A stretch of 64,000 nt of DNA, from positions 1,376,001-1,440,000 of the forward strand of contig CAWIIQ010000001.1 in NCBI GenBank assembly GCA_963836185.1, read 5' to 3'. Of this stretch, positions 10,150-20,678 are shown piece after piece; positions within the stretch are counted from its first letter, which is position 1; each line of letters starts with the position of its first letter. Made by a program: the position numbers and the translations under genes. Source of the DNA: Candidatus Krumholzibacteriia bacterium (GTDB lineage Bacteria > Krumholzibacteriota > Krumholzibacteriia > Krumholzibacteriales > Krumholzibacteriaceae). A model generated the notes under the pieces. It had not been told where the DNA came from and did not search any database. It saw only the letters and a list, made by a program, of their open reading frames with translations.

Positions 10150-10383
10150 TCATTTCATCTCGCGCACAAGGCGGGGGATCTCTCCTTCTTCAGGAAACCT
10201 GTTGCAGACTTCGCGATCCTTTTCATAGATCACGGTATCGTCCGCGGTCACTTCGAAGATGCCGCCTTTTCCCCCGATGAGCTCGACGGTCGAACCGGGG
10301 AACTCGCTGAGCAGTTCAGCCTCCACACGGGAGGCTTCGGCGTTGTAGTCTCAAGGTACGCAGTATTCGATTCGGAATTTCAT
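10150..10383 (-). CDS. Rdx/SelW (SelT/SelW/SelH) family selenoprotein, 77 aa, in-frame UGA = Sec
   Basis: MKFRIEYCVP-U-DYNAEASRVEAELLSEFPGSTVELIGGKGGIFEVTADDTVIYEKDREVCNRFPEEGEIPRLVREMK; AGGAG RBS; IEYCxxU, GGxGGxFEV and RFPE motifs; TGA at 10351-10353. Confidence 0.92.
10318..10336 (-). promoter_or_regulatory. Bacterial SECIS element
   Basis: AGCCUCC-CGUGU-GGAGGCU: 7-bp stem starting 14 nt after the UGA, with GU in the apical loop. Confidence 0.75.
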
Positions 10384-10418
10384 CTGGTCTCCTCTTCCGG
10401 TATACACCTGAAGTGCTT

Positions 10419-10754
10419 TTAGTATCCAGCCTTCTCCGGCGGACGCCTCTCGGGAACGTACTCGTGGGGGATCATTTCCTCGTTCCATTCCTTAGAGACA
10501 TAGAGGCTGCAGTAGCAGCTCCCGAACTCGGCGACATCCGGCTCGCGGTAATCGCATGGACAGCATATGTCGTGGTCCTGCTCGCGATCGCCGCTGGCAA
10601 GGCGGCAAGGGCAGCAGAAGAAACCGTAGCGTTCCTTGTTCGTCAGCAGCCCTTCGAGCAGGCCCATCGTGAGATCAATGTCTTCGTTGAAGAAGTAGCC
10701 CTTCTTCTCCTGAAGTGGCTTGAGCCGTTCGTACAGTTTTTGAGCTTCCGTCAT
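10419..10754 (-). CDS. Ferredoxin:thioredoxin reductase catalytic-subunit family protein
   Basis: NKERYG..CPCR, DICCPC, GSCYCSLY (CPC/CPC/CxC signature), VPERRP tail. Confidence 0.92.
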   Translation of the reverse strand: MTEAQKLYERLKPLQEKKGYFFNEDIDLTMGLLEGLLTNKERYGFFCCPCRLASGDREQDHDICCPCDYREPDVAEFGSCYCSLYVSKEWNEEMIPHEYVPERRPPEKAGY

Positions 10755-11008
10755 TCCAGACCCAGCGCTTCCCGGATCTCTCTCTCCTGGAATCCGACTA
10801 TGACCGTCTCGCCGATCTGTATGGTGGGGTAGGAGACCCTCGAGTTGAGCTTTCTGACTTCCTCAACGATAGCGCGCCGCTCATCGCCTGTGAGGAGGTC
10901 GACATCTGTGGCCTCGAACTCGATCCCCTGACTGGTGAAGAACTCCTTTGTCCGCCTGCAGTGGCTGCAGGTACTGAGTGTATACATCCTGACGGTTATG
11001 TCGGTCAA
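10751..11008 (-). CDS. Glutaredoxin (NrdH/YruB-like)
   Basis: YTLSTCSHC, SYPTI, IVGF; TTG start after GAGGAGG; overlaps FTR start. Confidence 0.9.
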   Translation of the reverse strand: MTDITVRMYTLSTCSHCRRTKEFFTSQGIEFEATDVDLLTGDERRAIVEEVRKLNSRVSYPTIQIGETVIVGFQEREIREALGLE

Positions 11009-11308
11009 ACCGGTCCTCCTCGGGTTAGAAATGCGTTAATGTGCGGCCGGCTGAAATCCCTCCATGCGCCATATGGCGCATGTGCAGGGCGAAAACCGAA
11101 CCGGGCAGAAGGATTCTTACACAGAGCAGGGGCTGATGTAAAGGAAATGCAAGTTTTTACTCGACTTTCACACGTAAATCGTTATTGTACTGTGTGCACA
11201 TCGGTTTCCCCTGCGCCCGCCGGCGCATCACGGGGCCGATTCTTGCCAATTACAACTATAACTTTTTCGTATAAGAACCCCTTACGGGACAAAGACGGGA
11301 GTAGTTCG

Positions 11309-14300
11309 ATGAGCAGAAAGATGGTGACGATCGACGGAAACGAAGCAACGACCTATTCGGCTCACAAGCTGAACGAGGTCTGCGCGATCTATCCGATCAC
11401 TCCGTCGTCAGCCATGGGCGAATTCGCTGACCAGTGGTCCGCCGACGGCAGGACGAACATCTGGGGTACGATCCCCAACGTGACGGAGATGCAGAGTGAG
11501 GGAGGGGCAGCGGCGGCCGTACACGGCGCGCTTCAGCGCGGCGCTCTGACGACGACTTTTACCGCGTCCCAGGGACTGCTCCTGATGATCCCGAGCATGT
11601 ACAAGATCGCCGGCGAGCTTACGCCGACTGTCTTCCATGTCTCGGCCAGGTCGCTCGCGACCCACGCCCTGTCGATCTTCGGTGATCACAGCGACGTGAT
11701 GGCTGTACGCCAGACCGGTTTCGCCCTCCTTTCATCGAACTCGGTACAGGAAGCGATGGATATGGCTGCAATAGCCCAGATGGCCACCCTCGAGTCCCGC
11801 GTTCCCTTCCTTCATTTCTTCGACGGATTCAGGACCTCGCACGAGGTCGACAAGGTCGAACTGATCGAGGACGACCAGTACAGAGAACTGATCGACGAGG
11901 ACCTCGTAAGGGCACATCGCGACAGGGCGATGAGTCCCGACAAGCCGGTCCTTCGCGGCACCGCTCAGAATCCCGACGCCTACTTCCAGGCGCGCGAGAC
12001 GATCAACCCGTTCTACAACGCCTGCGCCGGCATCGTCATGGATGCGATGAAGAAGTTCGAGAAGGTCGTCGGCCGCAAGTACGAAATATTCCAGTATTAC
12101 GGCGCACCAGATGCCGAGAAGGTCATCATCGTAATGGGCTCCGGCGCCGAGACGGTGCAGGAGACCGTCGACTACGTCAACTCGAACGGACAGAAGGTCG
12201 GCATGGTTAAGGTGAGGCTCTTCAGACCTTTCGATGTAGACAGTTTCATAAACGCGATCCCTGCCAGCGCGAAGATGCTCGGCGTCCTCGACAGGACGAA
12301 GGAGCCCGGCGCGATCGGCGAGCCGCTCTACCAGGACGTCCTGACCGCGCTGGCCGAGAAGCACGAGCTTACAATGTCGCGCTTCAAGGATGGAATCGCC
12401 GTCACAGGCGGAAGGTACGGGCTCTCCTCGAAAGAGTTTACGCCCGCCATGGTCATGGCCGTTCTGGACAACATGTCCGCCAAGGACCAGAAGAACCACT
12501 TCACCGTCGGTATCGATGACGATGTCACGCACATGAGCCTCGATTATGACAAGGATTTCCTCGTCAAGCATCCGAATCAGACGAGGGCGGTCTTCTTCGG
12601 GCTCGGTTCCGATGGAACGGTCGGCGCTAACAAGAACTCTATCAAGATCATTGGTGAGGGAACCGACATGTACGCGCAGGGCTACTTCGTATACGATTCG
12701 AAGAAGGCCGGCTCGGTCACAGAGTCGCACCTGCGCTTCGGCAAGGACGAGATCCACTCGCCCTACCTGATCGCAAAGGCCGACTTTGTAGCATGTCACC
12801 TGTTCCCCTTCATGGAGAGGATCGATATCCTCAAGTACGCGACAGAGGGAGGGACCTTCCTTCTCAACAGCCCCTTCCCCGCAGATGAGACCTGGGACCT
12901 GCTGACATACGAGGTCCAGAAGGCGATCATCGACAAGAAGCTCGAGTTCTACGTGATCGACGCCAACGAGATCGCCACCGAGCTGGGGCTAGGGGGCAGG
13001 ATCAACACGATCATGCAGACCGGCTTCTTCATCCTCGGCGGAGTACTCCCCAAGGAAGAGGCGATCGAAGCGATCAAGAAGTCGATCAAGAAGACATACG
13101 GACGCCGCGGCGAGAAGGTCGTCAAGATGAACGAAGCGGCCGTCGACGCTACCGAGGCGAACCTGCACAAGATCGAGGTTCCTGCCGAGCCGACGAGCAA
13201 GCTGCACATGATCCCGCCGGTACCCGAGGATTCACCCGAGTACGTGCGTGAGGTCATCGGAAAGCAGATCGCCCGTGACGGAAACGATATTCCGGTCAGC
13301 GCGTTCGCTCCCGACGGTTCGTTCCCTACAGGGACGACGAAGTACGAGAAGCGCAACATCGCCCTCGAGATCCCCGTCTGGGATCCCGACGTCTGTATCC
13401 AGTGCGGCAAGTGCGTTCTTATATGCCCCCACGCAGTAATCAGGGCGAAAGTCTATGACGCCGACAAACTCGAAGGCGCACCCGAGACCTTCAAGTCGGC
13501 CGACGCGGTTGCGAAGGATTTCAAGGGCAAGAAGTTTACAATACAGGTGGCTCCCGAGGACTGCACAGGCTGTACCCTCTGCTTCCAGACCTGTCCTGCC
13601 AAGAACAAGGAAGAGGAAGGGAAGAAGGCGCTCAACATGGCGCTGCAGCCCCCTCTGAGGGCGACGGAGAAGCCGAACTGGGAGTTCTTCAAGGGCCTCC
13701 CGTACATCGACCGCGGAGAGATCAATGCGACCGCTACGAGGACCGTACAGTTCCTCGAGCCTCTCTTCGAGTTCTCCGGCGCCTGCGCAGGATGCGGCGA
13801 GACGCCGTACGTGAAGCTGCTTACCCAGCTCTACGGCGACCGCACCATGATCGGGAACGCCACGGGCTGCTCCTCGATCTACGGAGGCAACCTGCCGGCG
13901 ACACCGTACACGATGGACAAGAACGGACGCGGCGTTACCTGGAGCAACTCGCTCTTCGAGGACGCTGCCGAGTTCGCGTTCGGTATGAGGCTCGGTCTGG
14001 ACAAGCAGATCGAGTATGCAAGCGAGATGGTACAGAGAGTCTCCGGCCAGATCGGTGACGAACTGACGAAGGGGATCCTCGAAGCGGACATGAGCGACGA
14101 GAACGGTATCCGCGAGCAGAGGGCAAGAGTCGTCGCCCTTCGCGAGAAACTTGCCGCTATCGATACGCCTGACGCGAAGAACCTCGCCGGCCTCGCAGAT
14201 GTCCTCGTCAGGAAGAGCGTATGGGCGCTTGGAGGCGACGGATGGGCATACGATATCGGGTACGGCGGCCTCGATCACTCGCTGGCGCTGGGGCGTAACC

Positions 14301-14899
14301 TCAACGTGCTGGTGATGGACACCGAGATCTACTCGAACACGGGCGGCCAGATGTCGAAGGCGACGCCGATGGGTGCGATCGCGAAGTTCGCTGCCGCCGG
14401 CAAGCAGATGCCGAAGAAGGACCTCGCAATGATGATGATGTCGTACGGATACATCTACGTCGCGAGGATCGCGTTCGGCGCCAACGAAGGCCAGGCGATC
14501 AAGGCATTCATCGAGGCGGAGGCCTACGATGGACCGTCGATCATCATCGCCTACTCGCACTGCATCGGGCAGGGCCTCGACATGAGGCGCGGGCTCGACC
14601 AGCAGGCGCTGGCCGTCAAGACGGGTTACTGGCCGCTGGTCAGGTACAACCCCGACCTGCGCAGCGAGGGCAAGAATCCTCTGCAGCTCGACTCGAAGGC
14701 CCCGAGCATCCCGCTCGAGGATTACATCTACAACGAGAACCGCTACCGCGCCGTCAAGGCGAGGGACCCGGAGATGGCTGCCGACCTTCTGAAGAGGGCG
14801 CAGGCAGACGTCGAACCGCCGCTGGAAACTCTACGAGTACTGGGCCGCGATGCCCGGGCCCGATGCAGAATCCAAGTAGCATCCGGAGCGGATAGATGA
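11309..14899 (+). CDS. nifJ: Pyruvate:ferredoxin/flavodoxin oxidoreductase (homodimeric)
   Basis: Start MSRKMVTIDGNEA at 11309; YPITPS, EMQSEGGA, two CxxCxxC..CP ferredoxin motifs, FSGACAGCGE, GGDGWAYDIG; true C-terminus probably ends 14879 (frameshift). Confidence 0.96.
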   Translation: MSRKMVTIDGNEATTYSAHKLNEVCAIYPITPSSAMGEFADQWSADGRTNIWGTIPNVTEMQSEGGAAAAVHGALQRGALTTTFTASQGLLLMIPSMYKIAGELTPTVFHVSARSLATHALSIFGDHSDVMAVRQTGFALLSSNSVQEAMDMAAIAQMATLESRVPFLHFFDGFRTSHEVDKVELIEDDQYRELIDEDLVRAHRDRAMSPDKPVLRGTAQNPDAYFQARETINPFYNACAGIVMDAMKKFEKVVGRKYEIFQYYGAPDAEKVIIVMGSGAETVQETVDYVNSNGQKVGMVKVRLFRPFDVDSFINAIPASAKMLGVLDRTKEPGAIGEPLYQDVLTALAEKHELTMSRFKDGIAVTGGRYGLSSKEFTPAMVMAVLDNMSAKDQKNHFTVGIDDDVTHMSLDYDKDFLVKHPNQTRAVFFGLGSDGTVGANKNSIKIIGEGTDMYAQGYFVYDSKKAGSVTESHLRFGKDEIHSPYLIAKADFVACHLFPFMERIDILKYATEGGTFLLNSPFPADETWDLLTYEVQKAIIDKKLEFYVIDANEIATELGLGGRINTIMQTGFFILGGVLPKEEAIEAIKKSIKKTYGRRGEKVVKMNEAAVDATEANLHKIEVPAEPTSKLHMIPPVPEDSPEYVREVIGKQIARDGNDIPVSAFAPDGSFPTGTTKYEKRNIALEIPVWDPDVCIQCGKCVLICPHAVIRAKVYDADKLEGAPETFKSADAVAKDFKGKKFTIQVAPEDCTGCTLCFQTCPAKNKEEEGKKALNMALQPPLRATEKPNWEFFKGLPYIDRGEINATATRTVQFLEPLFEFSGACAGCGETPYVKLLTQLYGDRTMIGNATGCSSIYGGNLPATPYTMDKNGRGVTWSNSLFEDAAEFAFGMRLGLDKQIEYASEMVQRVSGQIGDELTKGILEADMSDENGIREQRARVVALREKLAAIDTPDAKNLAGLADVLVRKSVWALGGDGWAYDIGYGGLDHSLALGRNLNVLVMDTEIYSNTGGQMSKATPMGAIAKFAAAGKQMPKKDLAMMMMSYGYIYVARIAFGANEGQAIKAFIEAEAYDGPSIIIAYSHCIGQGLDMRRGLDQQALAVKTGYWPLVRYNPDLRSEGKNPLQLDSKAPSIPLEDYIYNENRYRAVKARDPEMAADLLKRAQADVEPPLETLRVLGRDARARCRIQVASGADR

Positions 14900-14905
14900 T
14901 AGAGG

Positions 14906-14933
14906 AAGGGCCGCGGTTAACCGCGGCCCTTTT
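14906..14933. terminator. Intrinsic terminator, probably bidirectional
   Basis: Perfect palindrome AAGGGCCGCGG-TTAA-CCGCGGCCCTT plus T run between convergent genes. Confidence 0.8.
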
Positions 14934-14963
14934 CATTTATAACAATGTTACTGTTTCTGCCTG

Positions 14964-16020
14964 TCAGCGCAGCAGGACCATCTTCTTCTTCATCGAGAAC
15001 TCACCGGCGTCCAGCCTGTAGAAATATATCCCGCTTGCGACATAGGCGCCCGATGAGTTGGTGCCGTTCCATATCTCCGAGTAACTCCCGGCCGGCAGTG
15101 ATGGAGTTCACCAGCTCACTGACCAGGCGTCCGGATGCATCGTAGATGCTCAGTCTCACATGGCTGCTTTCTTTCAGCCCGAACTGTATCGTCGTAGACG
15201 GGTTACGGGTTGGCCAGTTCTGTGAGAGGTAGTCGCTGTGTGAAGGTCGTCGGCGGATCGTCGCCTGTGACCTGGCCGGGAAGGAGAAAGCGCGATACCC
15301 GCTCTCGTTTCCGTGGATATCTATCGCGGAGACCTTGTATACGTAACCGTCTTCCCATGTCCAGCCGCCGTCGAAGTACATCGTGTCATAAGCGGATGTA
15401 AGGTAACTCGTGGCATCCGGCACGAATGTCGGATAGATGCCGCGGTAGATCACATAGTGAGAGAGATCCTCTTCGGTGTTCGAGTTCCAGACAAGGTCCA
15501 TTCCTTCAGGTGAATACTCCTGCTCGCCGGTGAGGCCGACAGGTGCGGTGGGAGCGAGGTTGTCGAGTGAGTAACCACTGTCAGGTTGCGAGGTCCAGAC
15601 TACGAGAGGATCGCCGGTGTGCGCGGCGACCTGGTAGTAGCTGTAAGTAAATGCTGTCTCTAGAGAGGTGAAATCTGTATCGAGGACTTTTGAATACCCT
15701 TCGTAGTACTGAGCAGTCTGCGTTTCGAGCAGTTCCCAGTAATATATCGAAGCTCCGACAGTTTCGTAGCGGATAACCATCCCGGCAGGGCATTCCCGGT
15801 TCACCATCATCATTGGGGCTGATTGATTCTAGATCCATAGGCTCTATTCCAGATTCCAACATCAACATCGCCGAGGCCGGACTGAGTGATTTCCATATCG
15901 AGTAATACGTGATTTCCTGGTACGGCAATGAGTCAAGATAACTCGCGTTCCATGTGAGCTCAACCTTGCCGCCCTGGTCCATCGGAACATCGGTCACCTC
16001 TTGATGAAGGCTCCGAGGAC
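14964..16020 (-). pseudogene. Multiply frameshifted C-terminal part of a secreted protein with FlgD-Ig/T9SS-like C-terminal domain
   Basis: DVPMDQGGKVELTW, SLDNLAPTAP, YKVSAIDIHGNES, NPSTTIQF..VRLSIYDASGRLV, terminal GEFSMKKKMVLLR* in changing frames. Confidence 0.7.
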
Positions 16021-16309
16021 CGAATACCGTCCGTCGAGCGCTGCCGTACGTGGCGGGCATCGTCCAAGGCGCGACTGCCCGCGCTCTGCTTCCGAGAGCG
16101 ATGAGTCAGTCTGGGAAGGGGGGATACTTGCTGATGTATGCTGTCTGGGTTCTAAATATTGTTCGTCTGAATCAGTCTGAGCCGTGAGATCGCTGGTCTG
16201 CAAGTGGCGCTCTACAGTGGAGTATAGAAGCGTCTGCTGCGTCCGAGTATATATAATTTTATCTTTCGGTATTCTGATGCATGCATGCGCCTTATTTGCG
16301 GCAGCGTCC

Positions 16310-16640
16310 AGTTCTGCTACGTTCATGACGGCACGGGAGGGAACAATGTCAAGAGCGCGCGCCGAGAGAAGTGAGATATCTTACAACTGGCTCGAGACTC
16401 CGTACTACCAGAACCTCGAGTTGATGGCCCGGTGCTGACGTGGGCGTCAGGGACTGGCGAGGGAAGACAGCGATGTTGTGGGTAACGTGCTCATTACGCA
16501 GCGCTATCCGAGGAACGTCGCATGGCGGGGACAGCCGCGAAGGAGCGAGCTATGGAAGGTACAGGTTTACAAACAATACCTTCATCCACCGCTGGGTGAT
16601 CGAGTCTCGCATATTTCGGGCACTCGGTGAAGATAGTTGG
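16310..16640 (+). pseudogene. Frameshifted internal fragment of a right-handed beta-helix protein
   Basis: Pieces HDGTGGNNVKS / RAERSEISYNWLETPYYQNLELM / LAREDSDVVGNVL / GGD..SYGRYRFTNNTFIH in different frames. Confidence 0.45.
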
Positions 16641-16654
16641 AATGTCGTCCGCGG

Positions 16655-18262
16655 TTATTTTGGAACGGGTTTGAAGATCGTGTCGAGTATCGTCCCGTCT
16701 CTCCACTCGACGACCTCGACCGGCTCGTCGGTCAGTTCTGGAAGAGGGGGAGTCGAGCCGAACTCGGCCGCCGCTTTTATTGCAAGGTCGCGGAGCTCCT
16801 CTATCGTTACAACCTTGAGGCCGCTCGCCGCGGCATTATTTTTCAGGGCGCCCATGTACTTCGCTTCCGACTTCGGATTGAATGCGACGTACTCCTCGGT
16901 CACCGCGACATCGATACACTCGCCCGGTACCGATACGGTGTAGACGCTGTCGACTATCCTCGGGAATCCCTTGCCGCTCTCCTTCTTGCCCGTTGCCAGC
17001 GGGAGGAACATGATCGTCAGCTCGGAGCCCGCCGCGACGCCCTGCGCGCCGCCGATGCCGCCGATGATCCGGCCGCCCGCGCAGATCGAGTTGACGTTGA
17101 AGTCAGTATCCATCTCGAGTGTGGAGAGGACCGAGACATCGAGCATGTTCACAGCGTTTTCTCTATTGGCCATGTCGTCGTATTCACCGGTCGATATCTC
17201 GTGGTGGTTGTGGTCGAGGAGCATCGATTTGATGACCCGCTCCGACGGTTCGAAGCACTGCCCGTGAAGGAGGTTCTCGATCAGGCCCTCCTGGAGCATC
17301 TCGACGTGCAGCGATGTGCAGCCGCCGATCGAGAAACCGGACTGGATCTTCTTCTCGATGAGGATCTTCTTGATCTCGTCGAGGACGATCAGCCCCGCGC
17401 CCGAGCCTACCTGGAAATTAAACCCGTCGAAGATCACCTCGGCGGCATTCATCACATTCAGTACCTGTCCAGCGATCTGCGAGTTGAACGCGTTCGCCCT
17501 TATCCTCTCTATGTCCAGGGTGCCCGAGCCGACACCGGAGGCATCGCCCGGATTGTCGACCTTGACTACGTAGTCGACGTCGACCATCGAGAGGGAGCGG
17601 GGGAAGAGGTACTTATCGCTGATCTCGCCGGCGAGCAGGCAGACGTTCTCCGCCCAGAGGGTATCGGCGAGGAAGAGGCCGAGCGGGCCGACCCACGAGT
17701 CGGGATCGCCCATAAGTCCGTTGGCGTTTCCCCACTGGTCGGCGATCGGTACGGGGCCGAAGGCGACCTTGATCTTCGCCTCGCCTGTATGGAAGCGCCT
17801 TACCCTGTTGCCGTGCCCGTACCCGGTGACGATCCAGGGAAGGAAGTCGCCCGCCATCATATGAGCGCCCATCTTGCGGTAGCACGATCCGTTTATCCCC
17901 GTGATCGTCCCGTCGGCGATAGCTTCGGGGAGCCATGGGACGCAGTTGTCGAAGAAGGCGTTGCCGAGGAGCTTGATATCCTTCAGGCCCTTCTCCCTGA
18001 GCTTTGCCACGATGATCTCGAGACAGTGGTCGCCGAGGCGGTAGTAATGCGGGTACGATATCCAGTCACCGTCCTGGAGTATATCGATGACCTCATCGAG
18101 AGTCGTGACCTTGCTCTTTCCGCTTCTCATCTTCGCGCGGCCGGGGCGTCCGGCGTAGGGGTCGCTGTAAGCGGGATCGAAGGCCTGGCTGAAGGGCTTC
18201 TTTTCTACGCCGTTGACCACGGCAGGGACCCTGCGTCCGAGAGAGTTCTTGACGAAATCCAT
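16655..18262 (-). CDS. citF: Citrate lyase alpha subunit / citrate CoA-transferase family
   Basis: KNSLGRRVP, ISYPHYYRLGD, ADQWGNANG, FQVGSG, LDVSVLSTLEMDTDFNVN, GGIGG, VVEWRDGTILD. Confidence 0.85.
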   Translation of the reverse strand: MDFVKNSLGRRVPAVVNGVEKKPFSQAFDPAYSDPYAGRPGRAKMRSGKSKVTTLDEVIDILQDGDWISYPHYYRLGDHCLEIIVAKLREKGLKDIKLLGNAFFDNCVPWLPEAIADGTITGINGSCYRKMGAHMMAGDFLPWIVTGYGHGNRVRRFHTGEAKIKVAFGPVPIADQWGNANGLMGDPDSWVGPLGLFLADTLWAENVCLLAGEISDKYLFPRSLSMVDVDYVVKVDNPGDASGVGSGTLDIERIRANAFNSQIAGQVLNVMNAAEVIFDGFNFQVGSGAGLIVLDEIKKILIEKKIQSGFSIGGCTSLHVEMLQEGLIENLLHGQCFEPSERVIKSMLLDHNHHEISTGEYDDMANRENAVNMLDVSVLSTLEMDTDFNVNSICAGGRIIGGIGGAQGVAAGSELTIMFLPLATGKKESGKGFPRIVDSVYTVSVPGECIDVAVTEEYVAFNPKSEAKYMGALKNNAAASGLKVVTIEELRDLAIKAAAEFGSTPPLPELTDEPVEVVEWRDGTILDTIFKPVPK

Positions 18263-18449
18263 TAATCCGCCTCCGAAGGGGCTGAAGGGCTGTTTACGGA
18301 AAATTTCTACATCAATAGGTAAGACTTTGGAGGCTTTATGTCAAGCCGTCTTGAGGCCGCCGGGGAGTGAAAATGAAAAAAGTCCCCAAAACAGCCAGAA
18401 ATGCCCTGAAACCGCTTGCACGAGCATTGATTTATCACTTTATTTGATG

Positions 18450-18478
18450 TTGACAAGGGAAGCAGGTGCGTCTATGAT
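18450..18478 (+). promoter_or_regulatory. Sigma70-type promoter of acs
   Basis: TTGACA-17 nt-TATGAT. Confidence 0.7.
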
Positions 18479-18560
18479 GCCCTTTCCAGTTTGTGATTAT
18501 CCGATATTCTGGAAAAGTTAAACCCGTTTTCTTAAACGCTGAACCTACAGGAGGTTACAG

Positions 18561-20525
<1,965 letters not shown>

Positions 20526-20552
20526 GCCTGAGGTCGTCTGTTTCGACATCAG

Positions 20553-20586
20553 AGGGCGGGGGATTAGTTTCTCCCGCCCTTTTTTT
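20553..20586 (+). terminator. Intrinsic terminator after acs
   Basis: AGGGCGGG...CCCGCCCT followed by T run. Confidence 0.8.
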
Positions 20587-20678
20587 CACAGATGTGCTGT
20601 AGTTGACACATCTGGCGATATCGGATAACGTCAGCCGTACAGGTATATTGAAGCGGCTGGATACCCGAGGGGGAAGAT

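Noticed and set aside
9997-10832. + strand ORFs 9997-10422 and 10413-10832
   Set aside because: Antisense shadows of the selenoprotein and FTR genes
10961-11308. 116-aa N-terminal extension of PFOR given by the ORF track (likewise hrcA 25939, DUF5683 24430, rpsB 50886)
   Set aside because: Extensions overlap promoters, RNA genes or neighbouring genes; conserved N-termini and RBSs point to later starts
16637-18265. 542-aa + strand ORF and other long antisense ORFs (e.g. 13232-14560, 22642-23940, 54632-56131)
   Set aside because: Mirror frames of well-supported genes, expected with GC-rich codon usage; no recognisable motifs
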